Below, piece after piece: positions 9,534 through 19,517 of a DNA stretch of 64,000 nt. This stretch comes from Thermoproteota archaeon. Lineage in GTDB: Archaea > Korarchaeota > Korarchaeia > Korarchaeales > Korarchaeaceae. The translations under genes and the position numbers were made by a program. Numbering within the stretch: position 1 is the stretch's first letter; the number at the start of each line of letters is the position of its first letter. The notes beneath the pieces are model-generated. The model saw only the letters and a program-made list of their open reading frames with translations, was not told the origin of the DNA and did not search any database. Where the stretch lies: assembly GCA_026986575.1 (NCBI GenBank), contig JALSOH010000004.1:480001-544000 (forward strand). The letters run 5' to 3'.

Positions 9534-10811
9534 ATGATCCTAGTAAGCCCCTCGCTAATAGGGGGGAAGCTCAACCCTCCACCGTCCAAGAGCTACTCCC
9601 ACAGAGCTATAGCAGTTGCTCATCTCTCAGATAAACGTTCGGTACTTAACGGTGTATCCTTAGCCAAGGACGTGCTTGCCACATTGAGGGCCGCGGAGAT
9701 GATGGGTGCTTCCCTCCAAGTAAGAAACGGTGAAGGGAGAGCAGACATCGTGGTAGAACCCCCAGAGCTTCCCACTAATCCCGAGGACGTGATCTACTGT
9801 GGGGGATCAGGAACTACCATGAGGTTCTACGCTGCTATCTCTACCTTGACTGAGAAGGGATATACGATCCTCACAGGGAATGAGGGACTTAGGAAGAGAC
9901 CGATGGGTCCTTTGATCGAGGCCATCAACTCCCTAGGTGGGTGGGCTGTCAGCGCCGGACTGAATGGCTTACCACCCATCATCGTGAGGGGAGGAGGGCT
10001 TAAGGGTGGAGAGATCGTCTTGCCGGGAAACGTGAGCTCTCAGTTCTTCTCCGCCCTACTAATAGCCGGGACAATGTCGGAAGGAGGTGTGAAGCTCAGG
10101 TATGAGGGAGAGCTGGTCTCGAAGCCTTATCTCGAGATGACCGCCTACGTGCTCGGAAAGGCCGGTTCCCGCGTGAAACTGGGAGATGTCCTCGAGGTCG
10201 AACCCGTCCGCCCCCAAGGGCTGGACATATCGATACCGAGGGATTTCGGTCTCGCGGCCCCGTTCATGGTCATGGCCTCAGTTACAGGAGGTAAGCTAGA
10301 GGTTGTTGGGTTGGACAGGAAGGTCCCGCAGGCAGATAAGTTAATCTTGGAGATCCTTAGGTCCTTCGGAGTCTCAGTTAAGTGGCAGAACGAGTCTTTG
10401 GTCGTCGAGGGGAGGCCCACGAGGCCAGCGACCTTGGATCTGAGGGACGCCCCAGATCTTCTGCCCCTCACCGCGGTATTAGCTGTCTTCGCTAGGGGTA
10501 GGAGCGTGATAAGGGGAGTAGCTCATGCCAGACTGAAGGAAAGCGATAGGATAAGGAACATGAGGGTGGAGCTGGAGAAGGCGGGAGTTGATGTCAAGGA
10601 GCTAGAGGACGGTATGATCGTTGATGGAACGGGAGGAGTTAGGAGGTGCCCTACACTTGAGTCCCACCGCGACCACAGGATCTTCATGGCCCTAACTGCC
10701 TTGGCGGCGGCGTCCGAGGAAGGATGCGAGGTCGAAGGAGAGGAGTGGGTGTCGGACTCCTACCCTAATTTCTTAAAGGATGCTCAGAATCTCGGCTTGG
10801 TGATCTCTTGA
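9534..10811 (+). CDS. aroA: 3-phosphoshikimate 1-carboxyvinyltransferase (EPSP synthase)
   Basis: PPSKSYSHRA, GSGTTMRF, RPMGPL, SSQFFSALL, RLKESDRI, DHRI and SYPNF motifs. Confidence 0.93.
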   Translation: MILVSPSLIGGKLNPPPSKSYSHRAIAVAHLSDKRSVLNGVSLAKDVLATLRAAEMMGASLQVRNGEGRADIVVEPPELPTNPEDVIYCGGSGTTMRFYAAISTLTEKGYTILTGNEGLRKRPMGPLIEAINSLGGWAVSAGLNGLPPIIVRGGGLKGGEIVLPGNVSSQFFSALLIAGTMSEGGVKLRYEGELVSKPYLEMTAYVLGKAGSRVKLGDVLEVEPVRPQGLDISIPRDFGLAAPFMVMASVTGGKLEVVGLDRKVPQADKLILEILRSFGVSVKWQNESLVVEGRPTRPATLDLRDAPDLLPLTAVLAVFARGRSVIRGVAHARLKESDRIRNMRVELEKAGVDVKELEDGMIVDGTGGVRRCPTLESHRDHRIFMALTALAAASEEGCEVEGEEWVSDSYPNFLKDAQNLGLVIS

Positions 10812-11557
10812 AGCTTTATCACTTAGGGATCTCCGAGGGTACCCTTCCCCCTAGAGTACTCTTGGTGGGGTCCCGTAAGAGGGTCTCCCTCATCTCCGAG
10901 ATGGTAGGGGGAAAGTTGATGGAGGAGGGCAGACAGCTCATAGCGGTAGGTACCTACAATGGAAAGGAAGTGGCGGCCGTCGACACGGGAATGGGCCCCT
11001 CCTCAGCGTCGATAATAGTCAGGGAGGTAATAGAGGCAATGAACCGCGAAGGGATCCTCATAAGGGCCGGAACCTGCGGTAGCCTCCAGCCTCATGTTGA
11101 GGTGGGACATCTCGTAATATCGAAGGCTGTGATAGCGGATGAGCGGGTATCCAAGAGGATAGTTGGAGACTTACCGTTGATGTCCCATGAAGATGTTGTA
11201 AAGGCTCTAGAGACCGCAGCCGAGGAGCTGGGATACCGGAGGGGAAAAGACCTCCACACGGGGGTAACCCACACGAAAGACGCTCTGTACGAATTCGAGG
11301 GTCCTGAACTATCCGTAGATCCGGAGTCCGGAAGGAGGAGGATTGAGTTCCTGTCCAAGGTGGGTGTCTTGGCTACCGAGATGGAGATGTCCGTGATTCT
11401 CGCCCTTACCCACTGGTACAATCTACGGGGAGGGATGTTGAGGGCCGGTGGCGTACTCTTAGTAGTATCACCGCTCGTATCGCGCGGCCTGACATTCGCG
11501 CATCCAGATCAAGCAGACTTGGTGAAGGTCGCCCTCGAAGCCGTTACCTCCCTCTGA
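10808..11557 (+). CDS. Nucleoside phosphorylase (uridine phosphorylase-like)
   Basis: TGMGPSSA, IRAGTCGSL and ATEMEMS motifs of the PNP/UDP-1 family. Confidence 0.85.
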   Translation: MKLYHLGISEGTLPPRVLLVGSRKRVSLISEMVGGKLMEEGRQLIAVGTYNGKEVAAVDTGMGPSSASIIVREVIEAMNREGILIRAGTCGSLQPHVEVGHLVISKAVIADERVSKRIVGDLPLMSHEDVVKALETAAEELGYRRGKDLHTGVTHTKDALYEFEGPELSVDPESGRRRIEFLSKVGVLATEMEMSVILALTHWYNLRGGMLRAGGVLLVVSPLVSRGLTFAHPDQADLVKVALEAVTSL

Positions 11558-12190
11558 TTAAGCGTACTCCCTCCAATAATTCAACTTTTCGAGAGTATTT
11601 TTCATAGTTTCTCATCTTTATCCATAAATATGAAGATGATCCAGAGTAATTAATCGGATTTTAATTTAAATTTCTTCTTGCCCCTACCTAATCATCTCCC
11701 ACGCGATAAACAGGCCTTTAGGTAGTGCTACCACCCCACTGCTCCACCTACCAAGGAACAATCCTGTTAGAAACAAACTCAGTGTAGAACAGAGTATTAT
11801 ATTCGGGCATATCTGGCCTGGATAACCTGGATAATCCCATCCTTAAATTTGAAGGCATGGTCTCTCTGCTACTAACCTAAGTTAGTATCAACCAGTCTGA
11901 AGCAGTACTACTATCCCATTATTCTACCTCATAGGGAACGCCACCACTTGCTACTATGCCACCTTCACTGGAATTACCATAGTTGTTTGGAGATGGGATG
12001 TGTCCATCGGTTATGATCACATTCCAGAGTGAGGATTGGGGATAACGTGGTCAAAGAGATGCTCGGTTCATTTGATAAGCCAGTCTCATGGGTCTTTGGG
12101 TATTGAGGTAGCAATAGCATTAGCTCGGGTGCATTTCTCTGGGGTGGGGTTAATGCCACCACTCTGGGAAGGCAAGCATTAATTGTTCCT

Positions 12191-12889
12191 TTGCCCGTTA
12201 GGAGCGTGCATTACCTGTTCGTTGATGAGACGGGGGATCTCGGCTTTGACAAGAAATCCACACGGTACTTCGTTGTGGGATGCGTCTACACAACATCGGC
12301 AGCTAGACTGAGGAAGGAAATGCAGAGAATTAGGGAAAAGCTCAGGATGAAAGGCTATGCCGAAGATGAGATAAAATTCAGGTTGAGGAGGAAGGCCCAA
12401 AGAATCGAAGATGTGGCCAAACACGTCCTCAAGGAGATAGTTGAGAACGATAGGCTTGGGGATGTGAGGTTCGGAGGAATTGCATTGAATAAGGCAACAG
12501 TAAACGAGGATCTCAGGAGGAAGCCGCGGCATGTCCTAAGGAACTACATTCTAGTGCATCATGTGATATGGGGGTTGTATCGAGACGTCAACCTGAGGAT
12601 CAAGGAGGGAGACAAGTTAGTGATCATATATGACAAATCCATGGGCCCGAAATCCATATGGGAGTTCAATGAATACCTGAGGAGCAAGCACAGTTGGACG
12701 AAGGATATGCTTCACAAACCTCCAATCCACTTGGAGGTGAAACATGTGGACTCGAAGGCTGAGCTCGGGGTCCAGCTAGCTGATCTAGTGTCTGGCGCCA
12801 TATGGCAAGGTTACGAGAAGGGGAATTGGGAGTATTACGAGATCATAAGGGATAAAATCATGTTCTTAAGGCCCCTCTTTAAGAAGTAG
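12191..12889 (+). CDS. DUF3800 domain protein (RNase H-like acidic motifs)
   Basis: N-terminal LFVDETGDLG..YFVVG, central IYD and C-terminal DSK...GVQLADLVSGAI; start may be GTG 12206. Confidence 0.85.
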   Translation: MPVRSVHYLFVDETGDLGFDKKSTRYFVVGCVYTTSAARLRKEMQRIREKLRMKGYAEDEIKFRLRRKAQRIEDVAKHVLKEIVENDRLGDVRFGGIALNKATVNEDLRRKPRHVLRNYILVHHVIWGLYRDVNLRIKEGDKLVIIYDKSMGPKSIWEFNEYLRSKHSWTKDMLHKPPIHLEVKHVDSKAELGVQLADLVSGAIWQGYEKGNWEYYEIIRDKIMFLRPLFKK

Positions 12890-12970
12890 CGGACGGCCCG
12901 GGTCCCACCCAGGGCTACCCCCGGCATCATCTCCCAAGCCGCTCCCCCCCATGAGGAGGATACCCGCATG
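12888..12970 (+). ncRNA. Candidate structured RNA downstream of the DUF3800 gene
   Basis: GC-rich non-coding tract with nested pairings: CCGGG 12898-12902 with CCCGG 12920-12924, inner CCC/GGG, CTCC/GGAG, and terminal GCGG/CCGC. Strand assumed. Confidence 0.4.
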
Positions 12971-13004
12971 CAAATCACACATATGTAAAATAAAATACTA
13001 GCGT

Positions 13005-13331
13005 TTAGGTGTACTCCCTCCAAGTGTATCCGCACTTGGTACAGGTGTATATCCTCGTGGGTGGTTCGTCAGCGGCCCTAGTCTGGACTATCTCCAAGTA
13101 GGCCTTGTCATTACCGCACTTGGGACACTTGGCCTCTACTATCGGCGCGGCCAGCTTCTTACCTCCTTCCGCTATTATCACGCCATCGCTGTCGGAGGCG
13201 ACCTTGGTAACTATGGCCGTTGACTTTCCCGGATTGCCCTTCATCTCGTATCCACAGCTGGGGCAGTAGTAGACGAGCTCCTTGCCCACTTTCTTGGGTC
13301 TCATGAGAGTTCCGCACTTGGGACAGAACAT
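13005..13331 (-). CDS. tfs: Transcription factor S (TFS)
   Basis: Two zinc ribbons (FCPKCG, CPKCG...CTKCG) and the QTRAADEPPT acidic hairpin. Confidence 0.93.
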   Translation of the reverse strand: MFCPKCGTLMRPKKVGKELVYYCPSCGYEMKGNPGKSTAIVTKVASDSDGVIIAEGGKKLAAPIVEAKCPKCGNDKAYLEIVQTRAADEPPTRIYTCTKCGYTWREYT

Positions 13332-13395
13332 TTGGCCTCAGGGCATGAGGAAAGTAGTCTATTTAAGTTATGAGGTGGCGGACCATCCGATAGGA

Positions 13396-13884
13396 ATGAA
13401 GGTCCTCAGGAGTGTCAGGAAGAAGAAGGGAAAGCAGCTGGCGATTATCGTGGATGGCCCCAACATCCTGAGAAAGGAGCTGGGGATAGATCTTGAAGAG
13501 ATACGCAGACTGGCCGAGGAGGAGGGAAGGATCCGCGTCGCCACCGTGGTTCTGGATAGGAAGGCGCCCGAGAAGCTGGTGGAGGCGGTGGTCAACGCAG
13601 GCTTCAGAGCCATCATATCCACCGGAAAGGTCGAGGTGGACCTCACCATAGCAGCTATGGATGCCATCTACAACGAGAAGATAGATTCCTTGGTGCTAGT
13701 CGCCAGAAGTGCGGCCTATATGCCCATCGTCCACAGGGCCAAGGAGGAGGGGAAGGAGGTCATCGTGATCGGAGCAGAGCCAGGCTTCAGCACTGCGCTG
13801 AAGAAAGCTGCAGATCTGTACATATCACTTCCATCCTCTCTCCCTGAAGATCTTACCCAGCCTAAGGGTTATGAAGAACACTGA
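13396..13884 (+). CDS. NYN domain protein (TIGR00288-like)
   Basis: IIVDGPNILRKE, AKEEGKEVIVIG and GFSTALKKAAD motifs; start uncertain. Confidence 0.8.
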   Translation: MKVLRSVRKKKGKQLAIIVDGPNILRKELGIDLEEIRRLAEEEGRIRVATVVLDRKAPEKLVEAVVNAGFRAIISTGKVEVDLTIAAMDAIYNEKIDSLVLVARSAAYMPIVHRAKEEGKEVIVIGAEPGFSTALKKAADLYISLPSSLPEDLTQPKGYEEH

Positions 13885-14922
13885 TATCGCGAATACCAGC
13901 GCTCCGAGCTGCATCGCTAGGAATCTGAGAAGACCTATGCTCCCCTCCATGTACTGGCCTATGAAGTAAAAGGACATCCAGAGGGAGAGCACGAGGCCGG
14001 CACCCATCAATTTCTCGAAGGCGTTCACATTTCTGTTGGCGAAACTCTCTATTGCACTACCGACGAACATCACGGTGAGGGAGAGAGCTATAAAGCCGCT
14101 CACCTCCTGAAAGAGCCTCGCCATTATGAGCTCCAGTGGGTAGTTCTGGGCCGCGAGGGAGGTTGCCCTACTGTAGGAGAAGAACAGGGAAATGAAGACA
14201 CCGAACATTCCCATTATGAAGGAGAGCAGACCTACCTGCTTCCCGAAGTAATTGACTCCCCTCTTGAGCTTGTCGGTCAGGTCGAACCCCTTATCCAAGA
14301 ATATCAGTCCAGCCACCACGGTGGCCCCGATGTATAGATACCTCTGTAGGTCCAGCAGGGAGAAGACCCCTGCTAGGAGCAGTAGCGCCCCGGGAAGGCC
14401 GAATAAGAGGGCCCTAGAAGTGGGAGACTTCATCAGCTTTTCGAAGTACCTCTTCATGAGTATGTAGGTGTGCTCGATCTCCCTGCTCTGTTGCACTATC
14501 ACTCTCCTAACGCTCCTTATAGGGGCGTACCTCATTAGGAGGGGAATGACCAGCTCGTCGTCAGCGCCATCAGAAACCAGTATTATGCTGTCTGGCTTGA
14601 ATTCCTCCACAACAATTTCTATCTGTCTCTTGATCTCCTCATCAGCTAGGAGCTCGCTCTTGGGATGACCTGTAATGGTGACCACTTCAACCTCCGCTGG
14701 AGAGTTGGAGAATATCTGCTTGACCTCCTCGTAGACCTTCACAGCCCCAAAGATGGCATTGGCATCCGCCTCCGTTGGGTCAGCGAGGGCCAGCTCGGAG
14801 GCCGCCCTTATATTTGCCTCTTTACCTATGACCGGGCCCTTAATGCCAGCTTTGACGCCCAGATCATCATCTCGGTCCACGCACACTACAAGTATCCTTT
14901 CGGGGGGCGACTTCTTTTCCAT
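13825..14922 (-). CDS. DUF373 family membrane protein
   Basis: VCVDRDDDLG, DPTEADANAIF, VSDGADDE and RVIVQQS motifs plus C-terminal TM helices. Confidence 0.88.
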   Translation of the reverse strand: MEKKSPPERILVVCVDRDDDLGVKAGIKGPVIGKEANIRAASELALADPTEADANAIFGAVKVYEEVKQIFSNSPAEVEVVTITGHPKSELLADEEIKRQIEIVVEEFKPDSIILVSDGADDELVIPLLMRYAPIRSVRRVIVQQSREIEHTYILMKRYFEKLMKSPTSRALLFGLPGALLLLAGVFSLLDLQRYLYIGATVVAGLIFLDKGFDLTDKLKRGVNYFGKQVGLLSFIMGMFGVFISLFFSYSRATSLAAQNYPLELIMARLFQEVSGFIALSLTVMFVGSAIESFANRNVNAFEKLMGAGLVLSLWMSFYFIGQYMEGSIGLLRFLAMQLGALVFAISVFFITLRLGKIFRERGWK

Positions 14923-14956
14923 CTCCGCGAGAGAAGACCTTCACAACATAAAAAGT

Positions 14957-15862
14957 TCAACTGCTGGCAGGCTTCTCAAGCAGCCCGAGCTCCATGAGGA
15001 CTTTCAGCTCCTCAATGGTGAGCTTTTCACCAGCCTTATACTTCTCCAACGCCTCCTCAGCTAGCTTCTCCTTGAGCTTCCTCTCGACCTCCTTATTGCT
15101 GGTAACTATCCTCTCGAACCTCTTCTTTATCTCCTCCTGTATCGTCCTCATCTCCTCTCTTATCTTATCCATCTCCTCCTTCATCCTGTCAACTTCCGAG
15201 CTCTTCTCATTTATTACATTGCTCAACTCGTCTATTTCACTCCTTATTTTATCCAGTTCCTCCTTCTCCTTAGTTATGTAACCGTAGATCTCCTTTAACT
15301 GTCCCTTTATCTCTCCTATCTTCTCCCCGGAGTCCCTTACAAAGAACCTCCATCTCTCGGCCTCGGCCATTATCTCTATGAATTTCCTCTTCAGGGACTT
15401 AGCCCTATTGAGTTCCTGAAGCATCGCCTCGTACTGGCTTATCTGCATGACTATGTCTCTCTCCTGATCCTTGGTTAGAGGAGAGGTCTCTATCCTCCTC
15501 TCCAATCTCGAGATTCTCCTCCTGAGAACCCTTTCGGGGACGCCCACGGAATTGACTATCTCCTCGTACTCCTCTTTTATCTTCAGGGCTTCGTCCCTCG
15601 CCTGCCTGAATCTCTCTAGGGCTTCCTTTCTTTCTTCCCTGAGCTTGACTAGCTCGCCTTGAAGTTTCCTCTTCTCCTCGATCTTCTCCCTTAACTTGGC
15701 TCTCCTCTCTCTTATCTTCTCAATCAGTTCCAACCTCTTAGATCTCAGTTCTTTAAGCTCCTCTATAAGAGATCTTCTCTGCTCACGGAGCTCGGATAAT
15801 TTCCGCCTCAGCTCCCTTTCTTTTTGCTTTAGGGTACCAATAGCCTCCTCTACTGCGGCCAT
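14957..15862 (-). CDS. Archaeal coiled-coil protein (COG1340-like)
   Basis: E/K/R heptad repeats, LERRIETSPLT and C-terminal KYKAGEKLTIEEL; ATG 15862 follows a GGAGGAG RBS. Confidence 0.8.
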   Translation of the reverse strand: MAAVEEAIGTLKQKERELRRKLSELREQRRSLIEELKELRSKRLELIEKIRERRAKLREKIEEKRKLQGELVKLREERKEALERFRQARDEALKIKEEYEEIVNSVGVPERVLRRRISRLERRIETSPLTKDQERDIVMQISQYEAMLQELNRAKSLKRKFIEIMAEAERWRFFVRDSGEKIGEIKGQLKEIYGYITKEKEELDKIRSEIDELSNVINEKSSEVDRMKEEMDKIREEMRTIQEEIKKRFERIVTSNKEVERKLKEKLAEEALEKYKAGEKLTIEELKVLMELGLLEKPASS

Positions 15863-16130
15863 GCGGTCTCCTCCTGCCATTTTTTGATGATTAGGCTGAT
15901 GTCCAACGATGCAACATGATCCCCTACTTAAAAAGTATTCGGTTGCTTTCGATGATCCGGCGACTTTCTGAGAAACTTTATAAGCTCCAAGGGCTGCTCG
16001 CATCCTCTAACCCCCGGGCGAAGACGCACAATCGCATGCTCTTTTTTAGACATCCCTACCAAACAACATTATCTAGAAACGGGATGATTTATTCAAGCGC
16101 AAGCTCCATCATCCCGCTAACTATCACAGG

Positions 16131-17246
16131 GTGAGACCATTGATGTGGAGTAGGGTAAAGAGGACAGCGCCGCAAGCGGTAATCTCTGCGTTCTATGGCC
16201 TGGGAGACATCGTGGCAGGTCTAATACTCTGGCTCTACTTTCCTACAGACATCAGATGGGCCGCCCTGCTATATCCTCCCCTGATAGGAGCTAGAGGAGC
16301 TATCTCCGGTTCCGTCGCGGGGAGATTAACCTCGGCTCTAAACTTGGGTACCGTAGACACTAACTTGAGGAGAGAGAACGAGAAACTCTGGGAAATACTA
16401 TCAACGGGTGTATCCGCCTCCCTCCTCGCATCCGTAATGATTGTGTTCCCTTTCCACCTGATGGAGATCGATGTCGGGTATCTCGATCTGCTGGCCATAT
16501 CGCTCATCACCGTGTGCGGCGTATCTCTCATTCTCCTCCCTCTCAAAATCGCTGTATCCTTCGAGTCCTTCAAGAGAGGGTTGGATCCCGATATAGTGGT
16601 CTATCCTCTCATTTCCACGGCCGCAGATATAGTGGTCACGGTCCTCTACATATACTCAATTAAGACTGCTGGTACCTTCATCAGCTTAGCACTAGCTTCG
16701 GCTGTAGCGGTGATCTCAGTCATACTGGTCCTGAAATGGTTTTCCAAGGAGTACCTGAGGATACTGGCCGAGGTACTGACTGCGACAGTCATAGTTATAG
16801 CGATAGAGAGTATCGCCGGCATATTCCTCAACGAAGCAGTTTCTATATCAGACACCAGCCTCTTATTCGTTTATCCAGCGATGCTTACCGAGTTGGGAGA
16901 TGCCAGCTCGATCTTAGGGTCTATTCTCACGACTAGGCTCTTCTTGGGCACCCTCAGGAGGAAGGTTCCCTTGGTAGATATACTTCCAGAACTCACAGGG
17001 GTGTTCGGGGTCTACTTGGGTTTCTTTTTCCTAATGGGTGGAATGCTCTGGGTCTTGGGAGGAAACCCTTGGGTGAGCGTTCTAACATTCCTGATCGCCT
17101 TCCCAATAATGCTGGTAGTGACCACATCCGTCGTCCTTCTTACTAGCAGGAAGCTGGATCCCGACAACTTCACGATCCCCATCGCCACATCTACCGCTGA
17201 TCTGGTAACCACCGCTACCGTAGCCCTAGTTCTCAGCCTACTATGA
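16131..17246 (+). CDS. MgtE/SLC41-type divalent cation transporter (two membrane domains)
   Basis: GLDPDIVVYPLISTAAD and KLDPDNFTIPIATSTAD motifs. Confidence 0.85.
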   Translation: MRPLMWSRVKRTAPQAVISAFYGLGDIVAGLILWLYFPTDIRWAALLYPPLIGARGAISGSVAGRLTSALNLGTVDTNLRRENEKLWEILSTGVSASLLASVMIVFPFHLMEIDVGYLDLLAISLITVCGVSLILLPLKIAVSFESFKRGLDPDIVVYPLISTAADIVVTVLYIYSIKTAGTFISLALASAVAVISVILVLKWFSKEYLRILAEVLTATVIVIAIESIAGIFLNEAVSISDTSLLFVYPAMLTELGDASSILGSILTTRLFLGTLRRKVPLVDILPELTGVFGVYLGFFFLMGGMLWVLGGNPWVSVLTFLIAFPIMLVVTTSVVLLTSRKLDPDNFTIPIATSTADLVTTATVALVLSLL

Positions 17247-17955
17247 GGCTGGAGATCACGCTGGAAACCTTGTCCGGATCGGGTATACCGTAAAGGGCTA
17301 GGAACGTCCTCGCCCTTGGGACATTCACTCCCCTACCGCCGGCAACTCCAACCTCGAACCTGTTTACCTTCACTGAGGTCCCCGCTAGAGCCAAATCCTC
17401 ACCGATCCCCAGACCCGAGGCCGTAAGTGGGGTGACCGTTCCGAAGTTGAATATCCTCCCGAGCAAGGGGATCTCCACAACCACGTCATTTATCTTACTG
17501 ATCGGAAGCTCTCTCTTCCTAACTGATAGGAACCGCTTCTCCATGACTATCCTCCTACTAGTTATGTAGTACCTGTGCCCCCTCCTGTAGAAGTCCACGC
17601 TGAGAATTCCCACTAGGCCAAAGGCCACCTCTGGCACCCAAGGAGGATAACTGCTGTAGTTCATGTAAGTCGAGATGGCGGCCAGTAAAACTGAGATGAA
17701 GGCCCATCTCCATGATATCTTGATTATCGAGGCGATTACTAAGGGCACCACCAGCAAAAGCCAGAGCAGCAGTAACTCCCCCTCAATTGGGAAGACGTCG
17801 GGGGGCTGAATACTGAGGACCTTCGACCAAAGCAGCAAACCTACGACTAACACGTACCCGTAGATAAGGTATAATCCGGCGAAAGCGAGAGGATGCGGCC
17901 TAGCGTCGACTAGAAGTTCCTCTCCTCTGGCCAGCTTCATTTCCAATCTCGGCAT
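17233..17955 (-). CDS. Membrane protein with bacterial PH (bPH_2) domain
   Basis: TM helices followed by YYITSRRIV...INDVVVEIPLLGRIFNFGTV; likely start ATG 17955. Confidence 0.75.
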   Translation of the reverse strand: MPRLEMKLARGEELLVDARPHPLAFAGLYLIYGYVLVVGLLLWSKVLSIQPPDVFPIEGELLLLWLLLVVPLVIASIIKISWRWAFISVLLAAISTYMNYSSYPPWVPEVAFGLVGILSVDFYRRGHRYYITSRRIVMEKRFLSVRKRELPISKINDVVVEIPLLGRIFNFGTVTPLTASGLGIGEDLALAGTSVKVNRFEVGVAGGRGVNVPRARTFLALYGIPDPDKVSSVISSLIVG

Positions 17956-18027
17956 TTCCCCAACCTGCGGATTTAAACATAGCTCGAGAAGACTCACTGT
18001 TATATTTCCCATCAACCATTCCCTACT

Positions 18028-18543
18028 ATGCTTGTGGACCTTGGTATCAGGGTCGCTTGGTTGGCGAGAACGGGATGGATGCAGTCGGGTATACCGCCTT
18101 CCTTGGCTGAAACTGTATCTCAACACACGTTCCTCGCCTCTCTAATCGCGTTGGATCTGATGAGGGAGCTCAAGAGAAGGGGAAAGACGTTCAGCGAGAA
18201 TAAAGTGCTGAAGATGGTCCTGATCCACGATATAGCTGAGGGTGTGGTGGGAGATCTGCCTAAATGGACCGGAGACCGTGTAAACAAGAGTAAGCTTGAG
18301 GAGGAGGCGCTCTCAATGGAGATCACCCAAGCTGACCTCTTGGACCTCTGGAGGGAGTACAGCGAGGGGAGGAGGATGGAGGCAAAGATAGCGAGGCTGG
18401 CCGATTTGATGGCCACTTGGAGGATGTCCATCTACTACAAGGAACTCGGGTTTCCCGTGGACGACATCATGAGATCTACAGAGAGGGAATCCTTGAAGCT
18501 AGCCGAGGAACTAGGACTTGTCATAGAAGGGGGAAGGGGATGA
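18028..18543 (+). CDS. HD-domain phosphohydrolase (YfbR/HDDC2-like)
   Basis: RTGW, ETVSQHT, IHDIAEGVVGDLP and ADL motifs. Confidence 0.85.
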   Translation: MLVDLGIRVAWLARTGWMQSGIPPSLAETVSQHTFLASLIALDLMRELKRRGKTFSENKVLKMVLIHDIAEGVVGDLPKWTGDRVNKSKLEEEALSMEITQADLLDLWREYSEGRRMEAKIARLADLMATWRMSIYYKELGFPVDDIMRSTERESLKLAEELGLVIEGGRG

Positions 18544-18571
18544 GGTAAACGAAGGGGAAAGGAGACACAGT

Positions 18572-19516
18572 TCACAATTCGACTATATCGTCATACCTCG
18601 GACCGGCCCTAGGAGGCTTGTGGAACGGCTCTCTAAGTCTAACTGCCCTTTTGAAGGCCTCTAAGAGTTCCTCATCTGTCCCTCCGTTCCTCATTATAGA
18701 GAGGAAGTCGACGAGGTTGTCCTCCCTCCTTATGCATGTCTTAAAGAAGCCGTCGGATGTCACCCTTATCCTGTTGCATCGCATGCAGAAGAAGGGATTG
18801 CCTGTCCCCTTGACTATCTCCACAATGGCTCCACCGTCTAAATAGTAGAGAGGTCTACCGTGGAGCTCCCTTATCTCCTTTCTCAGAGACATCTTCTCCA
18901 GTTCCTTCTCAAATCCATCGAGGCTATAGTAGTATCTCCTGAGGCCAGGATCCACATCCAAGAGCTCTATGAATTGAATCCTTATCCCCTTGGATGAGGC
19001 GTACCTCACCAGTTCCCACAGCTCATCATCGTTGTATCCCCTGAGAACAGTCACATTAACCTTCACGGGGGTCAATCCGCACTCTAAGGCGGTATCAACT
19101 GCTTTTAACGCCCTATCCAAACCATCTACTCCGGTTATCCTCTCGTAAATGTCCCTCCTCAGCGAATGGAGGCTTATATTCACCCTATCCAGACCGGCCT
19201 CCTTTAGGGGACAAGCTCTCTCTGGGAGGAACCATCCGTTGGTCACCAAGCTTATCTCCTCAATTCCAGCCTCCCGAATGCCTCTCACTATCTCTTCCAA
19301 GTCACGCCTCATCAGGGGCTCTCCACCCGTGATCTTGACGGTCCTTATCCCGTGCTTTACTAGCAATTTCACCAAGCGGGTTATCTCGACGGGGGTCATC
19401 TCACCCCCTTCTATTCCATGTCCCTCCTTGTGGCAGAAGAAGCAGTTGTAATTACAGGCGTTAGTGACGGAGATCCTCAGATTGGTGATGGGCCTACCCC
19501 ACCTATCCAGTAGCAA
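18572..19516 (-). CDS. moaA: GTP 3',8-cyclase
   Basis: LRISVTNACNYNCFFCH, TGGEPL and FCMRCNRIRVTSDG..KTC motifs; in the moa cluster. Confidence 0.95.
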   Translation of the reverse strand: MLLDRWGRPITNLRISVTNACNYNCFFCHKEGHGIEGGEMTPVEITRLVKLLVKHGIRTVKITGGEPLMRRDLEEIVRGIREAGIEEISLVTNGWFLPERACPLKEAGLDRVNISLHSLRRDIYERITGVDGLDRALKAVDTALECGLTPVKVNVTVLRGYNDDELWELVRYASSKGIRIQFIELLDVDPGLRRYYYSLDGFEKELEKMSLRKEIRELHGRPLYYLDGGAIVEIVKGTGNPFFCMRCNRIRVTSDGFFKTCIRREDNLVDFLSIMRNGGTDEELLEAFKRAVRLREPFHKPPRAGPRYDDIVEL

Positions 19517-19517
19517 T

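Noticed and set aside
15880-15975. TGATGA and CTGA words suggesting a C/D box sRNA
   Set aside because: Box spacing does not fit the C-guide-D'-C'-guide-D layout, and the region is a divergent promoter
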